Part shown: positions 1 through 10,865 of the stretch, piece by piece | Position numbering within the stretch: the first letter of the stretch is position 1 | Layout of the letters: each line of letters opens with the position of its first letter | Source: Vulcanimicrobiota bacterium | Lineage (GTDB): Bacteria; Vulcanimicrobiota; Vulcanimicrobiia; Vulcanimicrobiales; Vulcanimicrobiaceae | Assembly (NCBI GenBank): GCA_963714015.1 | Contig: OY970223.1 | Coordinates: 2,976,001-3,040,000, forward strand | Reading direction: 5' to 3' | DNA: 64,000 nucleotides | The notes under the pieces: generated by a model | What the model was told of the DNA's origin: nothing | Databases searched by the model: none | The model's input: only the letters and a program-made list of their open reading frames with translations | Position numbers and translations under genes: made by a program

Positions 1-1281
1 CCTAACGCATTCGCCCGGCAGTATAACGAAGTGCGGCCATTCTTTACGCAGGCCGCTTCCAACTTCAACCAGCGCCTGAGCTGCACGAATTGCCCGTCGA
101 CGCTCTACACGCCGAGCATTCCGACATTCCGTGAGGGCTACGCCTATGAAGGCACGAACGGAGATTTCAGCTACGCTGCATTCGACGCCGTCGGCGATCA
201 GGGACGTACCGACAGCGCGCAAACCGCGAATTACACGTACGACTCGACCGGACCGATCTATCAATTTAACCTGCAGCGTGTCAGCGTGGACTATCCCGGG
301 TTCCGCGACAACACTACGACGCTGAGCAGCGGCGAGCTGAACCAGCACACGCACTTCTTCACCTACTTGAACGTCGGCGAGGACAGCGGAACGGATGTGA
401 CGGATCCGGGTTTTGCGCAATACTGGGAATACGGCGGCGGCTACGTCACCAAAACGACGACCGCCGGCCTGACGCTGCAAAAGATTGGACCGCAGTTCGA
501 TCCCGTGGACGGTTTCGTCGCTCAGCCCGGCATTGCCGGATACTTGGCGTTCTACAATCGCACGGTAAACTTCTCTCCGAAAGCGACGCTGCAGGACATC
601 GTTCTGAATTCGAGCTTCGGTCGCTATCACGACCCGAGCGGCAATTTGGCGCAGACCGACGGGGGCGGCCAGATTAATTTCGACTTCCGCCGGCAGCTCT
701 CGTTCCATCTTTTCATGCAGTCCAATGGGATCGAAACCTCGTTCGCCCCAGTGCAGCTGGTACCGTTCAACACCAGCGGAGTATACCTCTCATACAAAGG
801 ACAAACGTCGACGCCGACATACGTTCAGTACACGAGCGGTCCGTATTTCCACGGACATCTCACTGCCTGGTCGTACGTCACGACGCTGCCGGTGATGCAT
901 CGGCTGAACCTCTCACTAGAGATGGACGAGAACCTCTACGGCGGCTCGAACATCGCCGCGGAGCCTACCGCAAAACAGTGGCTCGAGCGCGCAAGTTTGG
1001 ATTGGCAGTTCACGCGTGAAGCGTCGTTCGATCTGGGCGCGCGCCGGATCGTCGGCGCAAATCTCCCCAACGCCATCCAAGCGCCCGACCTGCCCTCGCC
1101 GCAATTCAACGGCTATCTGCCGTTCGACTACGTCGATGCCGGTAACGTCAGCGCAGCGCTGCACTTCCTTGCCGCGAAGAACGAATTCTACCTCGTGTAT
1201 GGGGATCCGAACAGCCTCTCGACTACTCCCGCACTCTATCTCAAATGGATCCGCTATATCGGAGCAGAGAAAGGCGTGTAG
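1..1281 (+). CDS. Putative outer-membrane beta-barrel-like protein, 5'-truncated by the window edge; paralog of 63290..64000
   Basis: Frame is open from base 1. Rich in aromatic residues, Gly, Ser, Thr and Asn with strand-like periodicity. C-terminus AGNVSAALHFLAAKNEFYLVYGDPNSLSTTPALYLKWIRYIGAEKGV nearly matches the ORF at the other end. Confidence 0.6.
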   Translation, partial: PNAFARQYNEVRPFFTQAASNFNQRLSCTNCPSTLYTPSIPTFREGYAYEGTNGDFSYAAFDAVGDQGRTDSAQTANYTYDSTGPIYQFNLQRVSVDYPGFRDNTTTLSSGELNQHTHFFTYLNVGEDSGTDVTDPGFAQYWEYGGGYVTKTTTAGLTLQKIGPQFDPVDGFVAQPGIAGYLAFYNRTVNFSPKATLQDIVLNSSFGRYHDPSGNLAQTDGGGQINFDFRRQLSFHLFMQSNGIETSFAPVQLVPFNTSGVYLSYKGQTSTPTYVQYTSGPYFHGHLTAWSYVTTLPVMHRLNLSLEMDENLYGGSNIAAEPTAKQWLERASLDWQFTREASFDLGARRIVGANLPNAIQAPDLPSPQFNGYLPFDYVDAGNVSAALHFLAAKNEFYLVYGDPNSLSTTPALYLKWIRYIGAEKGV

Positions 1282-1299
1282 GCGTCGAAAGCGGCCCGC

Positions 1300-1989
1300 A
1301 TGCAAGAAGTCACCGAAGTCGTACGTATGATTTCACCAGCGCCGCGACCCCAATCGCTTGCTTTCGACGGCGCGTCGCTGTGGATGGGATCGATCGAGAC
1401 GTGCCGTCTGTACGAAATGGACCCCGTGCATTGGACCGTTCGCGATGAGGTCGAGGCGCCGGGCAAGCCATGGGGCATGACGGTGATGGGCGACGAACTT
1501 CGCGTCATCTGCGGCGAGGGCGAAGACGACCACCGCTTTATCCGGCGCTTCGTTCCGGGTCACGGCTTTAGAAATGAGGGCGTGATTCCATGTCCGGACG
1601 ACACCGGCTCGCAACTCGGTTTCGACGGCGACCGCCTCTATTTGAGCCAGTGGTATAACAAGCGCGTTCTCTCACTGGACGCAGACGGCAACGTCGGCAC
1701 CATCATCGAAGCACCGCACGAAATCTGCGGCCAAGTGATCCTCGGGGGCGTTTTCTACCTGCTCGGCACCGACGACGAGAACAGCGAGGAGTATTTCTTG
1801 ACTCGGCTCGACGCCCGCAACGGCAAACCGCAGATCGAAGATCTCGCTATGCTGCGTTTCGGCGCGCGCGGCCTTGCTTTCGACGGTACGCGTTATTGGA
1901 CGAATCACCGCGAAAACAACGAAATCGTTGCCTTTACGGTGACGATTTCACTACACTGGGCCGGGTTAATCAAACTCGTCATCACGTGA
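1300..1989 (+). CDS. Beta-propeller protein (glutaminyl cyclase/YncE-like)
   Basis: Repeated (L/G)AFDG-x-x-(L/Y)W blades (SLAFDGASLW, LGFDGDRLY, GLAFDGTRYW). No signal peptide. Confidence 0.6.
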   Translation: MQEVTEVVRMISPAPRPQSLAFDGASLWMGSIETCRLYEMDPVHWTVRDEVEAPGKPWGMTVMGDELRVICGEGEDDHRFIRRFVPGHGFRNEGVIPCPDDTGSQLGFDGDRLYLSQWYNKRVLSLDADGNVGTIIEAPHEICGQVILGGVFYLLGTDDENSEEYFLTRLDARNGKPQIEDLAMLRFGARGLAFDGTRYWTNHRENNEIVAFTVTISLHWAGLIKLVIT

Positions 1990-2567
1990 TCGCGCCAGGC
2001 GCCGTGAAGAAATAGCAGCGAGCGCGCAACGCCCTCGATCTCAAAACCTAGACGCTTGGCGACGGCCTCGCTGCGTACGTTCGCGGGCTGATAATTGAGA
2101 TTCAGCCGGTGGAGCGCCAAGGTTTCAAACGCAAAGGAAATTACGGCATGTCCGGCTTCGGTCATGACCCCTTTGCCTTCATGGCGCTTCGACAAATGGT
2201 ATCCGAGGATGGCCGATTGATTCACCCCGCGTATGATGTTGTGCAAGTTGATATGCCCCAGGATTTCCCCATCGGGCCCTTCATTTCTGTCAAAAACGAT
2301 GAACCGGTACGACTTGTCTTCGAGCGCCAGCGCAACGTATGCGTCAAGCCATTCTCTGTGGCGCTCCGCGTCAAGGAATTCCGGGCCGATGGGCGGCTCC
2401 CATTGCTGTAAGTGTTCGCTATTGTCGCGGTAGTAACGCACTCTGGCTTCGGCGGCGGATGCTCCCGGGATTACGAGCAGTAGCCGGTCCGTTAAGAGCG
2501 TGGGCGTCGAACCGTTCATCGCGTTGAGCCGTTCGCCGGTCGTCGGCGCGCTAGTGCTGCGGTTCAC
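1905..2567 (-). CDS. RimJ/RimL-family GNAT N-acetyltransferase
   Basis: LLTDRLLL start, ILGYHLSKRHEGKGVMTEA, LHRL..NVRSEAVAKRLGFEIEG, W-R-D-H motif. Confidence 0.88.
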   Translation of the reverse strand: MNRSTSAPTTGERLNAMNGSTPTLLTDRLLLVIPGASAAEARVRYYRDNSEHLQQWEPPIGPEFLDAERHREWLDAYVALALEDKSYRFIVFDRNEGPDGEILGHINLHNIIRGVNQSAILGYHLSKRHEGKGVMTEAGHAVISFAFETLALHRLNLNYQPANVRSEAVAKRLGFEIEGVARSLLFLHGAWRDHVMTSLINPAQCSEIVTVKATISLFSR

Positions 2568-3413
2568 TTTCCTCCCACAGTCGCGCGAAGGTCTCGCGGT
2601 TCTCGTCCAGCATCGCGTCCATATCCGATTTCCAGAGTGAATCGGGGAGATGGTAAGATGAAAGAATCTCCACGATCCATGGGCCGCGATACCCCGTCTC
2701 CCGAATCGCGCGAATCATCGGCGCGAGCGGGATGTCGCCGTCGCCCAAGCTGAAACGATCCGCCGTCGAGCGCGGCGTGCGCCAGTCGCTCGAGCTGAAC
2801 CAAGAATACCCTACGCCCGCACTGGCTTATGAGATCGTTTAGGCCGGGCGTCTGCCACACGTTCCAGCTATCGATGCAAATGCCGACGGCGGGATGGCTC
2901 ACGGCGTTCGACGATCTCTAAGCCCTGATCCAAACCCCAAACCGCCGTGTCTTTGTGAATGTTTACCGGATTGAGCGGCTCGAACGCAACGGTGACGGAG
3001 TGCAGCGCCGCGTGCTCTCCGAGGATTTTGAGCGTCTCGATTGTTTGCTGACGCGCCTTTTTGAAATTACCGTCCGGTGGAATCCCGGTGATGATCACGA
3101 ACGGCGTTCCTTTGGGAACGAACGGCCCCGTGCCGGCGATCGCTTTCTTCATCTCTTCGAGCCGATCGGCGGGATCCTCCGGTCGAGCGGCCATCGAATC
3201 AACGAAGACCGAATGAACCTTCGCCTGAACGGAACCGGCTTGCAAGCCGCACTCCTCGATGGCGCGAAGTTCTTCGTAATCGGCGTGCGAAAGCTTGAAT
3301 TCGCAAACTTCGATGACGTCGGCTCCATGCTCCCGATATTTTCGCAAATCGGTGCGGAACGACCACGGCCACGTCGTGAACTCGCTAAAACCGAACCTAT
3401 ACTCGTTGCTCAT
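2551..3413 (-). CDS. Sugar phosphate isomerase/epimerase (xylose-isomerase-like TIM barrel); two apparent +1 frameshifts (~2903, ~2792)
   Basis: Motifs AFEPLNP, GICIDSWN, QL/SDW, LGDGDIPL and GYRGPWIVE are spread over three consecutive frames (2868..3413, 2564..2902, 2551..2748). Confidence 0.75.
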
Positions 3414-5859
3414 TCTTCAGCAGTAAACTCCAAAATGCAGAAACCGCGCCGGCCGACCTGCACGGGGTGGCCCTGCCGCAAACGGCGCGAGTCGAATCCC
3501 TTCTCTTCCGTCCACTCGTTGCGCAGCGTATTATATGCGCGCAACCGGTACGTGCGGTGCAGCTTCAGTCTGCGGAACGCGAAGTGCCGTCGTAACGGTG
3601 CGATCGCGCGTATTTCCGACGCACAGCAGCGTCCGGTCCGGGCGCTTCAGTCCTAAAAGCACGACGCTTTCTCCGCTGGCGTGCACGTTTTCCGTGATGT
3701 CTTCGTCGTACTGGTCGTCGGAATCTACCCCGGCAAATGGATAATTGGTGAATACCTGCAGCCCATCCAAACGGGCGGCGAACCAGGACACGCACTTGCC
3801 TCGCAGCCAAACATTTCGCACGCCGAGCCAATTCCAGCCGTTCGATAGTCGCGGGTGCAGCTCCGGCGGATTGGCCGCCGCGTTCAGACCGCCGGCTCCC
3901 TCGACGGCTGCCCAAATGTACTTCGGCGCAAACCACGGCGATAGCATCATGCCCTGATTCGTCAGGGTCTCGCCGTGCAGCCATTCCGAAAACTCACCCG
4001 GAACCGTGTTGTTGCGCCGCGGATCCTGCGAGTAGTGCGTGAAACTCGTCGAGAGCGCGTAAGCCATGAATTCGGGGTTGAATTTTGCCGATGCAAATGC
4101 GAACCAGAACGTCGGACCGCCCCAAACTCCGCCCAGCAAACCCGAACCCTGCGTCGGTGAATAATTGATGTCATTGCGCGGAACCGTGTGCAGACCCGCC
4201 TCGGTCCAAAAATCCGGGATGCTCAAGCGCGCGATAATGTTCGCCGCAACGTCGTGATCGGCAACGCCGAACATCACCGGGAAAACGAGATCGCAGGTCA
4301 CGTCCGTCCGAGGCGTTCCATCCAGGTCGATGTTCAGGTAATAGAGGTTGCGCTGTTTGTCGAGCAGATGCTCGTTGATCGCCGACCGCAGATTCCCCGC
4401 GGCATCGTCAAAATCGCGCGCCGTCTGCTCGTCGCCCAGCTCGCGGGCCATCTCAACGATCGTGCGAAGCGCTGCGAAGCACTCGGAGTTGAGCTCGGTC
4501 GTCGCCCCCGAGAGGCGGTAATCTTTGATTACGTTTCGCCAGCCGACGATTCCCCAGTCCGCCGTCTTGTCCGCCGTGCACCACACCAGGCCCTGGCCGT
4601 TGCGCTGGGACAAAATGTACCGAGCCGCGCGCAGCGCCTTTGGATAGACCCGCTGCAAGAAATCGCGGTCGGCGGTAATCGTGTAATGATGCCAGAGCGC
4701 CAAGACGATCAGCGGCGTGTTGTCGTTGATGTTCAGCCCGTAGTCTTCGGCCTTTCCGTTGCGAATGTCGAAATACTCCACGACCATTCCGCTCGGCTCG
4801 AGGTTGTCGGCGTACCATTGCAGAGACTCGCCGACGAAATGCGGCGTGACGTAATCCGCGCCGAAACCATACCAGGCCGTGTCCCGGCCGACGCTGTTAT
4901 TGGATCGCGTCGGATCGTTCACAAAGCACCAGCCCTGCGACGTCAGCGATTGGGTGCGCAGGATGTTGGCCTTGGCCCAAAGGACCCCGCGATTCACCTC
5001 AGCGTCCGGCGTCATGACGATTGCGCGCCGCTCTATCTCCTGAAAGTGTTCGTTGGTTCGCTCGAGTGCATCGTCCGCCTCGGGAAGCGCTTTCAGGTTG
5101 GCGTACGCTGCCGCTTCGCCCTCGACCGAGAACGTCAAGACGAAATAGAAACTCGCGGTTTCTCCCGGTTGCAGCGTATGCGAAAGATGAAATATCCCGA
5201 GCGGATCGTCGGCATCGAGCGTTTCACCGCTGCAGCTTCCCGGGGAATTCGGCGGCGCTCGTTTTGGCGTTGTCGAGCGACACTTCAAAGCTCTTTGGCG
5301 GCACGGAACACGCGGCGATACGGAAAACTTGCGGCTGATCTTCGTTCCATGCGATGAAGCCGTGCACGCGGGCGTCGTACTTCGTCTGCGTCTTTGCCTC
5401 GAACGATCCCCCTAGTCGCAGCGATGCGTACGTGGCGACTTGCACCGGATGCTGGTTTTCGTTTGTAAGCTCGACCGTGTAGTACGCAGCGGGTGGATCG
5501 ACCTCTTTTTGGTCGTCTCCCTTGGGGATGCCGCTGAGCAAGAAGATGTCTTCGTGAACGGTCACGGAATCCGCCAGTTCGAAGAGATGCTCCTGATGAT
5601 CGGGGTGAATCGTGAACTCGCCCGGCAGCGGCGTAAGCGGAATGCCCGTCGTTTCGTCCCAATGGTGCAGCACCAGCGTACGAAAGACGTCGGCGCCGGC
5701 CTCGGGAGAATAGACTTTTTCGAGCGCGCCCGTGGCTTTGATGAGCAGCGCCGCCTTCGGCGCGCCTAGCGTACTTCCGCCGGGCAACTCCCGGTCCGAA
5801 ATCCGGTACGACGAGATTTGATGGCCCGGCCCGGCCGACTGAGCTCGCGGAACGCTCAC
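3410..5859 (-). CDS. Six-hairpin (alpha/alpha)6 glycosidase (amylo-alpha-1,6-glucosidase/glycogen-debranching-like); frameshifts at ~5230 and ~3568
   Basis: GRDTAW, NDNTPLIVLALWHHY..TADRDFL, ELNSECFAAL and FSEW motifs. ORFs 5224..5859 and 3531..5288 plus a tail ending in an ATGA overlap at 3410 join into one gene. Confidence 0.72.
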
Positions 5860-6632
5860 AGCGACCCCGATTTTTTACTCATGCCGCCGTCGATGAAGAG
5901 CGAGGCGCCGGTGACGTATGCGGCGTCGTCCGAGGCCAGATACACGCAGAGCCGTCCGATCTCTTCGGGCGTGCCCATGCGATGCGCCGGAATCTCGTCG
6001 AGTAACTTCTGGAATTTTTCGGGCTGCTTCTTCAGGCCCGCGTCCATCGGCGTATCGATTGCGCCCGGGCAGACGTTGTTCACGGTAATTCCGTGCGGCG
6101 CCAGCTCGACGCAGATCGTGCGCGTGAGCATCCGCAACGCGCCCTTCGTCGCGCAGTATGCGGCGTTGGTCGGCATCGAAATCTCTTCGTGCACCGACGA
6201 GATCATGATGATGCGGCCGCCTTGCTGCTGCGCGATCATCTGCTTCGCCGCGTATTGCGAGCCCAGCCATGCGCCGGTGAGATTGACCGCTACGATTTGG
6301 CGATAAACCTCAAAGGGCACATCGACGAATGCCGCCTTCTTTTCGATGCCGGCGTTGTTCACCATTACGTCCAACTTCCCGTAGCGTTCGACTGCCGTGC
6401 CGACCAGTTTCTCGACGTCATCTTCCTTGCTCACGTCGCCGCCGGCTGCACACGCCGTTCCGCCAAAACCTTCGATCTCTCGAACGAGTTCGTCGGCGGG
6501 AGGGCGCTCGCCGTGGTAGTTGATAACCACTTTACCACCTTCACGCGCAAACGCGGTCACGATGCCCTTACCGATGCCCGTATCGCCCCCGGTGACGATG
6601 GCGACCCGGCCGTCTAGTCTTCCGCTGGGCAT
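5856..6632 (-). CDS. Glucose 1-dehydrogenase-like SDR oxidoreductase
   Basis: TGGDTGIG, NNAGIE, SSVHE, YCATKG and PGAIDTP, typical of the GDH subgroup of SDRs. Confidence 0.85.
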   Translation of the reverse strand: MPSGRLDGRVAIVTGGDTGIGKGIVTAFAREGGKVVINYHGERPPADELVREIEGFGGTACAAGGDVSKEDDVEKLVGTAVERYGKLDVMVNNAGIEKKAAFVDVPFEVYRQIVAVNLTGAWLGSQYAAKQMIAQQQGGRIIMISSVHEEISMPTNAAYCATKGALRMLTRTICVELAPHGITVNNVCPGAIDTPMDAGLKKQPEKFQKLLDEIPAHRMGTPEEIGRLCVYLASDDAAYVTGASLFIDGGMSKKSGSL

Positions 6633-9600
6633 TTAGCGGCCGCCCCCGCGGCGTGAAACGATTGCCAGAAGGCCAATTGCACTCGCCGCCAACACCGCTA
6701 TGGCGGCGTAGCCCTTCACGATGATGCGTTTGCGTCGCGCTTCCTCATCCGGCATGAAACGCCGCTCCGGAAACGCGCCGTGCTCGCGATCGCCTTGCGC
6801 ATGCGGCATGCTGCGCGCATCCATCGCCATCCGCATAACTTCGGCGGGATGCAGCGCCCGGCGGTTCGTGGTCTGCATGATCTGTTCGCGGCAGCTGAAC
6901 CCGTCGGCCACGATTATGGTCTCGGGAAGGGCGTCGCGAACCTTCGGCAGCAGCACGCGCTCCCCGCAGGCAATCGACATGGAATAGTGGTCCTTCTCGA
7001 AACCGAAGGCGCCGGCCATGCCGCAGCATCCGCTCTCGAGTTTCTCGTGCTGCAGGTCCATTTGCTCGAAGACGTGCGTCTCCGACGTCGGGTCGAGCAG
7101 CGATTTTTTGTGGCAGTGTTCGTGAACGATCGCTTGGCGGTCGAGCTTGGGCGGCGTGTAGTTCGCTTCTTTCTCCGCCTTTTGATTCAAGAAAGTTTCG
7201 AGCATGAAACACTGCGTCGCCAGCCGGTTGGCGTCGATGTCCTCGCCCACCATGTTTTGAAGCTCGTCTTTGAAGACCGAAAGGCAACTGGGCTCCAGGC
7301 CGATCACCGGTACCCCCTCGCGGATCAGCGGACGCAGCTCGTCCAGAATCCCGCGCAGCTGCCGTTCCGCTTGGTCCAGGAATCCATAGTCGTAGAGCGG
7401 CCGCCCGCAGCAGATCTGTTTCTTAGGAAGAATGACGTGATAACCGGCGTCCTCGAGCACTTCGACTGCCGCCTGCGCCGTGTGCGGGTGGAAATGATTG
7501 TTCCAGGTGTCCGGCCACAGGATGACGCGCTCGTTTCCGGCGTTCCGCGGAGAACGTTTCGCGAACCACTCTCGGAACGTGTGGTCCGCAAACATCGGAA
7601 TGTTGCGCTCGGGCGCTACCGAAGCCAAACGCTTGAGCAGCGTGCTGAACGGCGGCGCTTGCGAGAAGAAATTGGCTAGGCCCGGCATCAGCGATGCTGC
7701 TTTCGCCCACAGGAACATGTAGCCGAAGAGCCACATCTGCAGCGGACGCGGCTTACCTTGGAAGTAATGATACAAGAACTCCGCTTTGTACGTGGCCATG
7801 TCCACGTTTACCGGACATTCGCTCTTGCACGCTTTGCATGCCAGACAATACTCCAGCGAATCCTTGACCTGCTCGTCGTGCCATCCGTCCCTTATCGGCT
7901 TGCCCTGCAGCATCTCGAACAGCAGACGCGCGCGGCCGCGCGTCGAATACTTCTCTTCACGCGAGGCCATGTAGCTGGGGCACATCGTCCCCTTGTCGTG
8001 CTTACGGCAAACACCGGCGCCCACACATCGATTCGCCGCATAGGCGAAGCTGCCGCCGTCTTCTTTGAAGCGCATCTTCGTCGGCGGATCCCAAGGCTCG
8101 TAGTTCACGCCCCAACGCAGGTTCTGATCGATGCGGTAAGGCCGAACGACTTTTCCGGGATTCATGAGGTTGTCGGGGTCGAAAGCCGATTTGAACTCCC
8201 AAAACGCCTCGACGAGGTCGTCCCCGAACATGATCGGCAGCAGCTCCGCGCGGATCTGACCGTCTCCGTGCTCGCCGGAAATCGAGCCCTCGTACTTCAC
8301 GACGATGTGCGCCATTTCGTGAACGAACTTGCGGTATTTCTCGATGCCTTCTTTGGTGAAGAGATCGAAACTGATCCGGCAATGGACGCAACCCTGGCCG
8401 AAATGGCCGTAGACCGACGCCTGGTAACCGTACTCGTTCATCTTTTGCTGGAATTCGCGCAGGTATTTCCCCAGATGCTGCGGGGCCACCGCAGCGTCTT
8501 CCCATCCGGGATAAAATTCCGGCTGGTTGGGAATCTTCGCGTTCACGCCCAACCCCGCTTCGCGGATTTTGAAAATCTCTTCCATGATGTGGTCGTCGCT
8601 GACGAGCCGCGTGCTCATCACCTTGTCGCTCTCCTTGCCCAAATCGTCGATCAGGCGCTGGGCCTTGGACTCCGCTTCCTGTTTCGTGTCGCCGCCGAAT
8701 TGCAGAACGATCCAGGCATGGCCCTTGGGAAAGAGCTCTTCCTGGGCGTGAGGATTCTTGCCCTTTGCTTCCATGTGATGAAAGAGCGTTTCGTCCATGC
8801 CTTCCGACGCATGGGGCTCGTATCCGTTGCAAAAAGCAACGTGATCGCCCACGGTGGCAATATCGTCGAATCCGGCAAGCGCGAGGGCGGTAAACTTGGG
8901 GTTGGGCACGAGCCGGACCGTGAGCTCGAGCACGTGAACGATCGTTCCTTCGCTGCCGATCAGCGCGCGCGCCACGTTGAAGCCGTTTTCCGCAGAGAGT
9001 TGGTTCAGATTATATCCGGACACGCGCCGGGGAATATCGGGGAAGCGCTCTTTGACAAGCCTTCCGTAGTTGGATTCAATCTCGCGCAGCTTGGCGTAGA
9101 TCTCACCCTTGCGCCCCCCTTCCCGCACGATAGCGTCGAGATCTTCGGGCTTCGTGGACCCGACGCGCATTCGCGTTCCGTCGTGCAGCAGCACTTCGAC
9201 TTCAAACACGTTTTCTTCCATACGTCCGGCAAACTGTGCCGGCATGCCGCACGAGTTGTTGCCGAACATTCCGCCGAGCGCGCAGCGGTTATGCGTCGAG
9301 GGCGCCGGGCCGAACGTGAGGCCGTGCTTTTCGGCCATCTTGCGCAGATCGTCCAGGACGACCCCCGGCTCCACGACTGCCGTGTGCGACTGCGGATTCA
9401 GATCCAGGATCCGGTTCATGTATTTGCTGTAGTCGAAGATGACGGCGGCGTTGCAGCTCGCGCCGGTCAAACTCGTGCCCCCTCCGCGAGGCGTAGCGGG
9501 CGCGCGGTACCGATGGCAGATCGTCATCGCCGTTTGCGCGTCCTCCGCGTCCTTTGGCAGCACGACTGCAATGGGAACTTGCCGGTAGTTCGCCGCATCG

Positions 9601-9749
9601 GTCGAGTACATGGCGCGGTAGGCATCGTCATAGTGCACTTCGCCGCGCACGGCCGCCGCGAGATCGCGTCGCAATCCGTCCATATCGATGTCCAGACTCT
9701 CGGCATGGACGTCTTCGGGGATTTTCGTCTCCGGAAGAACGCGAATCAA
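6633..9749 (-). CDS. FAD-binding and 4Fe-4S-domain oxidoreductase (GlcD/GlcF fusion type) with C-terminal membrane anchor
   Basis: RGGGTSL, GSEGT, GEHGDG, CVGAGVC, CLACKACKSECP and CCG motifs; hydrophobic C-terminal helix. Confidence 0.88.
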   Translation of the reverse strand: MIRVLPETKIPEDVHAESLDIDMDGLRRDLAAAVRGEVHYDDAYRAMYSTDAANYRQVPIAVVLPKDAEDAQTAMTICHRYRAPATPRGGGTSLTGASCNAAVIFDYSKYMNRILDLNPQSHTAVVEPGVVLDDLRKMAEKHGLTFGPAPSTHNRCALGGMFGNNSCGMPAQFAGRMEENVFEVEVLLHDGTRMRVGSTKPEDLDAIVREGGRKGEIYAKLREIESNYGRLVKERFPDIPRRVSGYNLNQLSAENGFNVARALIGSEGTIVHVLELTVRLVPNPKFTALALAGFDDIATVGDHVAFCNGYEPHASEGMDETLFHHMEAKGKNPHAQEELFPKGHAWIVLQFGGDTKQEAESKAQRLIDDLGKESDKVMSTRLVSDDHIMEEIFKIREAGLGVNAKIPNQPEFYPGWEDAAVAPQHLGKYLREFQQKMNEYGYQASVYGHFGQGCVHCRISFDLFTKEGIEKYRKFVHEMAHIVVKYEGSISGEHGDGQIRAELLPIMFGDDLVEAFWEFKSAFDPDNLMNPGKVVRPYRIDQNLRWGVNYEPWDPPTKMRFKEDGGSFAYAANRCVGAGVCRKHDKGTMCPSYMASREEKYSTRGRARLLFEMLQGKPIRDGWHDEQVKDSLEYCLACKACKSECPVNVDMATYKAEFLYHYFQGKPRPLQMWLFGYMFLWAKAASLMPGLANFFSQAPPFSTLLKRLASVAPERNIPMFADHTFREWFAKRSPRNAGNERVILWPDTWNNHFHPHTAQAAVEVLEDAGYHVILPKKQICCGRPLYDYGFLDQAERQLRGILDELRPLIREGVPVIGLEPSCLSVFKDELQNMVGEDIDANRLATQCFMLETFLNQKAEKEANYTPPKLDRQAIVHEHCHKKSLLDPTSETHVFEQMDLQHEKLESGCCGMAGAFGFEKDHYSMSIACGERVLLPKVRDALPETIIVADGFSCREQIMQTTNRRALHPAEVMRMAMDARSMPHAQGDREHGAFPERRFMPDEEARRKRIIVKGYAAIAVLAASAIGLLAIVSRRGGGR

Positions 9750-10865
9750 ATCAAATACTCCTCAGCGTCGGCTCGTTTAAACTCCAGACCAATGCCGGGC
9801 CTGGTCAGATCGGGCTGCAGACAACCCGCCTGCGGGTCAGGCGTACCGTCGAAAATGCGTTTTTCGATCAGCACGTGGTCGTGAAAATACTCGATGTGAC
9901 GCAGCATTTTCGCGGCTGCGGCGGCATGAACGGTCGCGTACGGCGCGCAATGGCTCGATAGCGGAACGTTGCGCGACTCGCATAGCGCATCCACCGCAAG
10001 AAACCCGCTGATGCCGCCGCAGCGCGTAACGTCCGCTTGCAAGACGTCCGCGGCGCCGCTCTCAAGCATTCTGCTGAAGTCATAAGGCGCATAGCCGTAT
10101 TCGCCGTTACTTATCTCCATTATCGCGGGCGCCCGCTCCCGGACGAAGGCGTTGCCCGCCAAATCGTTGTGATAGACCGGTTCTTCGTACCAAGTGACCC
10201 GCGATTCGGCGAACCGTGCCGCTAAATCGAGAGCTCTGTTTCACACAATAGGCACCGTTTGCGTCGACGAACAGCTCGGCTTCTTTGCCAATCGCTTTGC
10301 GAGCTGCCGCAACGCGCTCGGGATCGGCATGCGGCTCGCGTCCGATCTTCATCTTGACGCGTGGAATGTCCATGCCGCGGGTCCAGCCGGAGAGCTGCGC
10401 GGTGAGCTGTGGAATCGAGTACGACGTGAACCCGCCGCTGCCGTACACGGGAATGCGATCCCGCGCGCTCCCCAGCAGCGAACACACCGGCGCCTCCAAG
10501 ATTTTGCCCTTCAAATCCCAAAGCGCGAGATCGACCGCCGAGATCGCCATCGCCGTAACCCCTTCGCGTCCGTTGTTGCGAATTTTTGCGTAGAGGGCGG
10601 CGTTCAGCGCAGCGATTTGCATCGCGTCCCGTCCCATCAGGACTTCGCGCAGCATATCGTCGACGAGTGCGGCAACCGCGGAGCTCGCATAGGTATAGCC
10701 CATACCGGTGCAGCCGCCGGCGCGCAGCTCCACGAGGACCATCGTGGTTGCCTTCCACTCGAGCGTTCCATCCGATTCGGGCTGCTCCGCCGGAAAACGG
10801 TACGCCCGCGCTACAACCGATTCAATGGGACATGCTGCGCCGACTGCCTTAGCAGTCTGCATCAC
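9746..10865 (-). CDS. Mandelate racemase/muconate-lactonizing (enolase superfamily) protein; +1 frameshift at ~10236
   Basis: ISAVDLALWDLKGK, YGSGGFTSY, KMKIG and DANG, continuing in a shifted frame as WYEEPV, GEY, QADVTRCGG and SSHC. Confidence 0.82.

Noticed and set aside
7758..9884. Long antisense ORFs (also 4188..5357, 11858..13384, 47324..48544, 54214..55383)
   Set aside because: These are shadows of well-supported opposite-strand genes in GC-rich DNA and carry no recognisable motifs.
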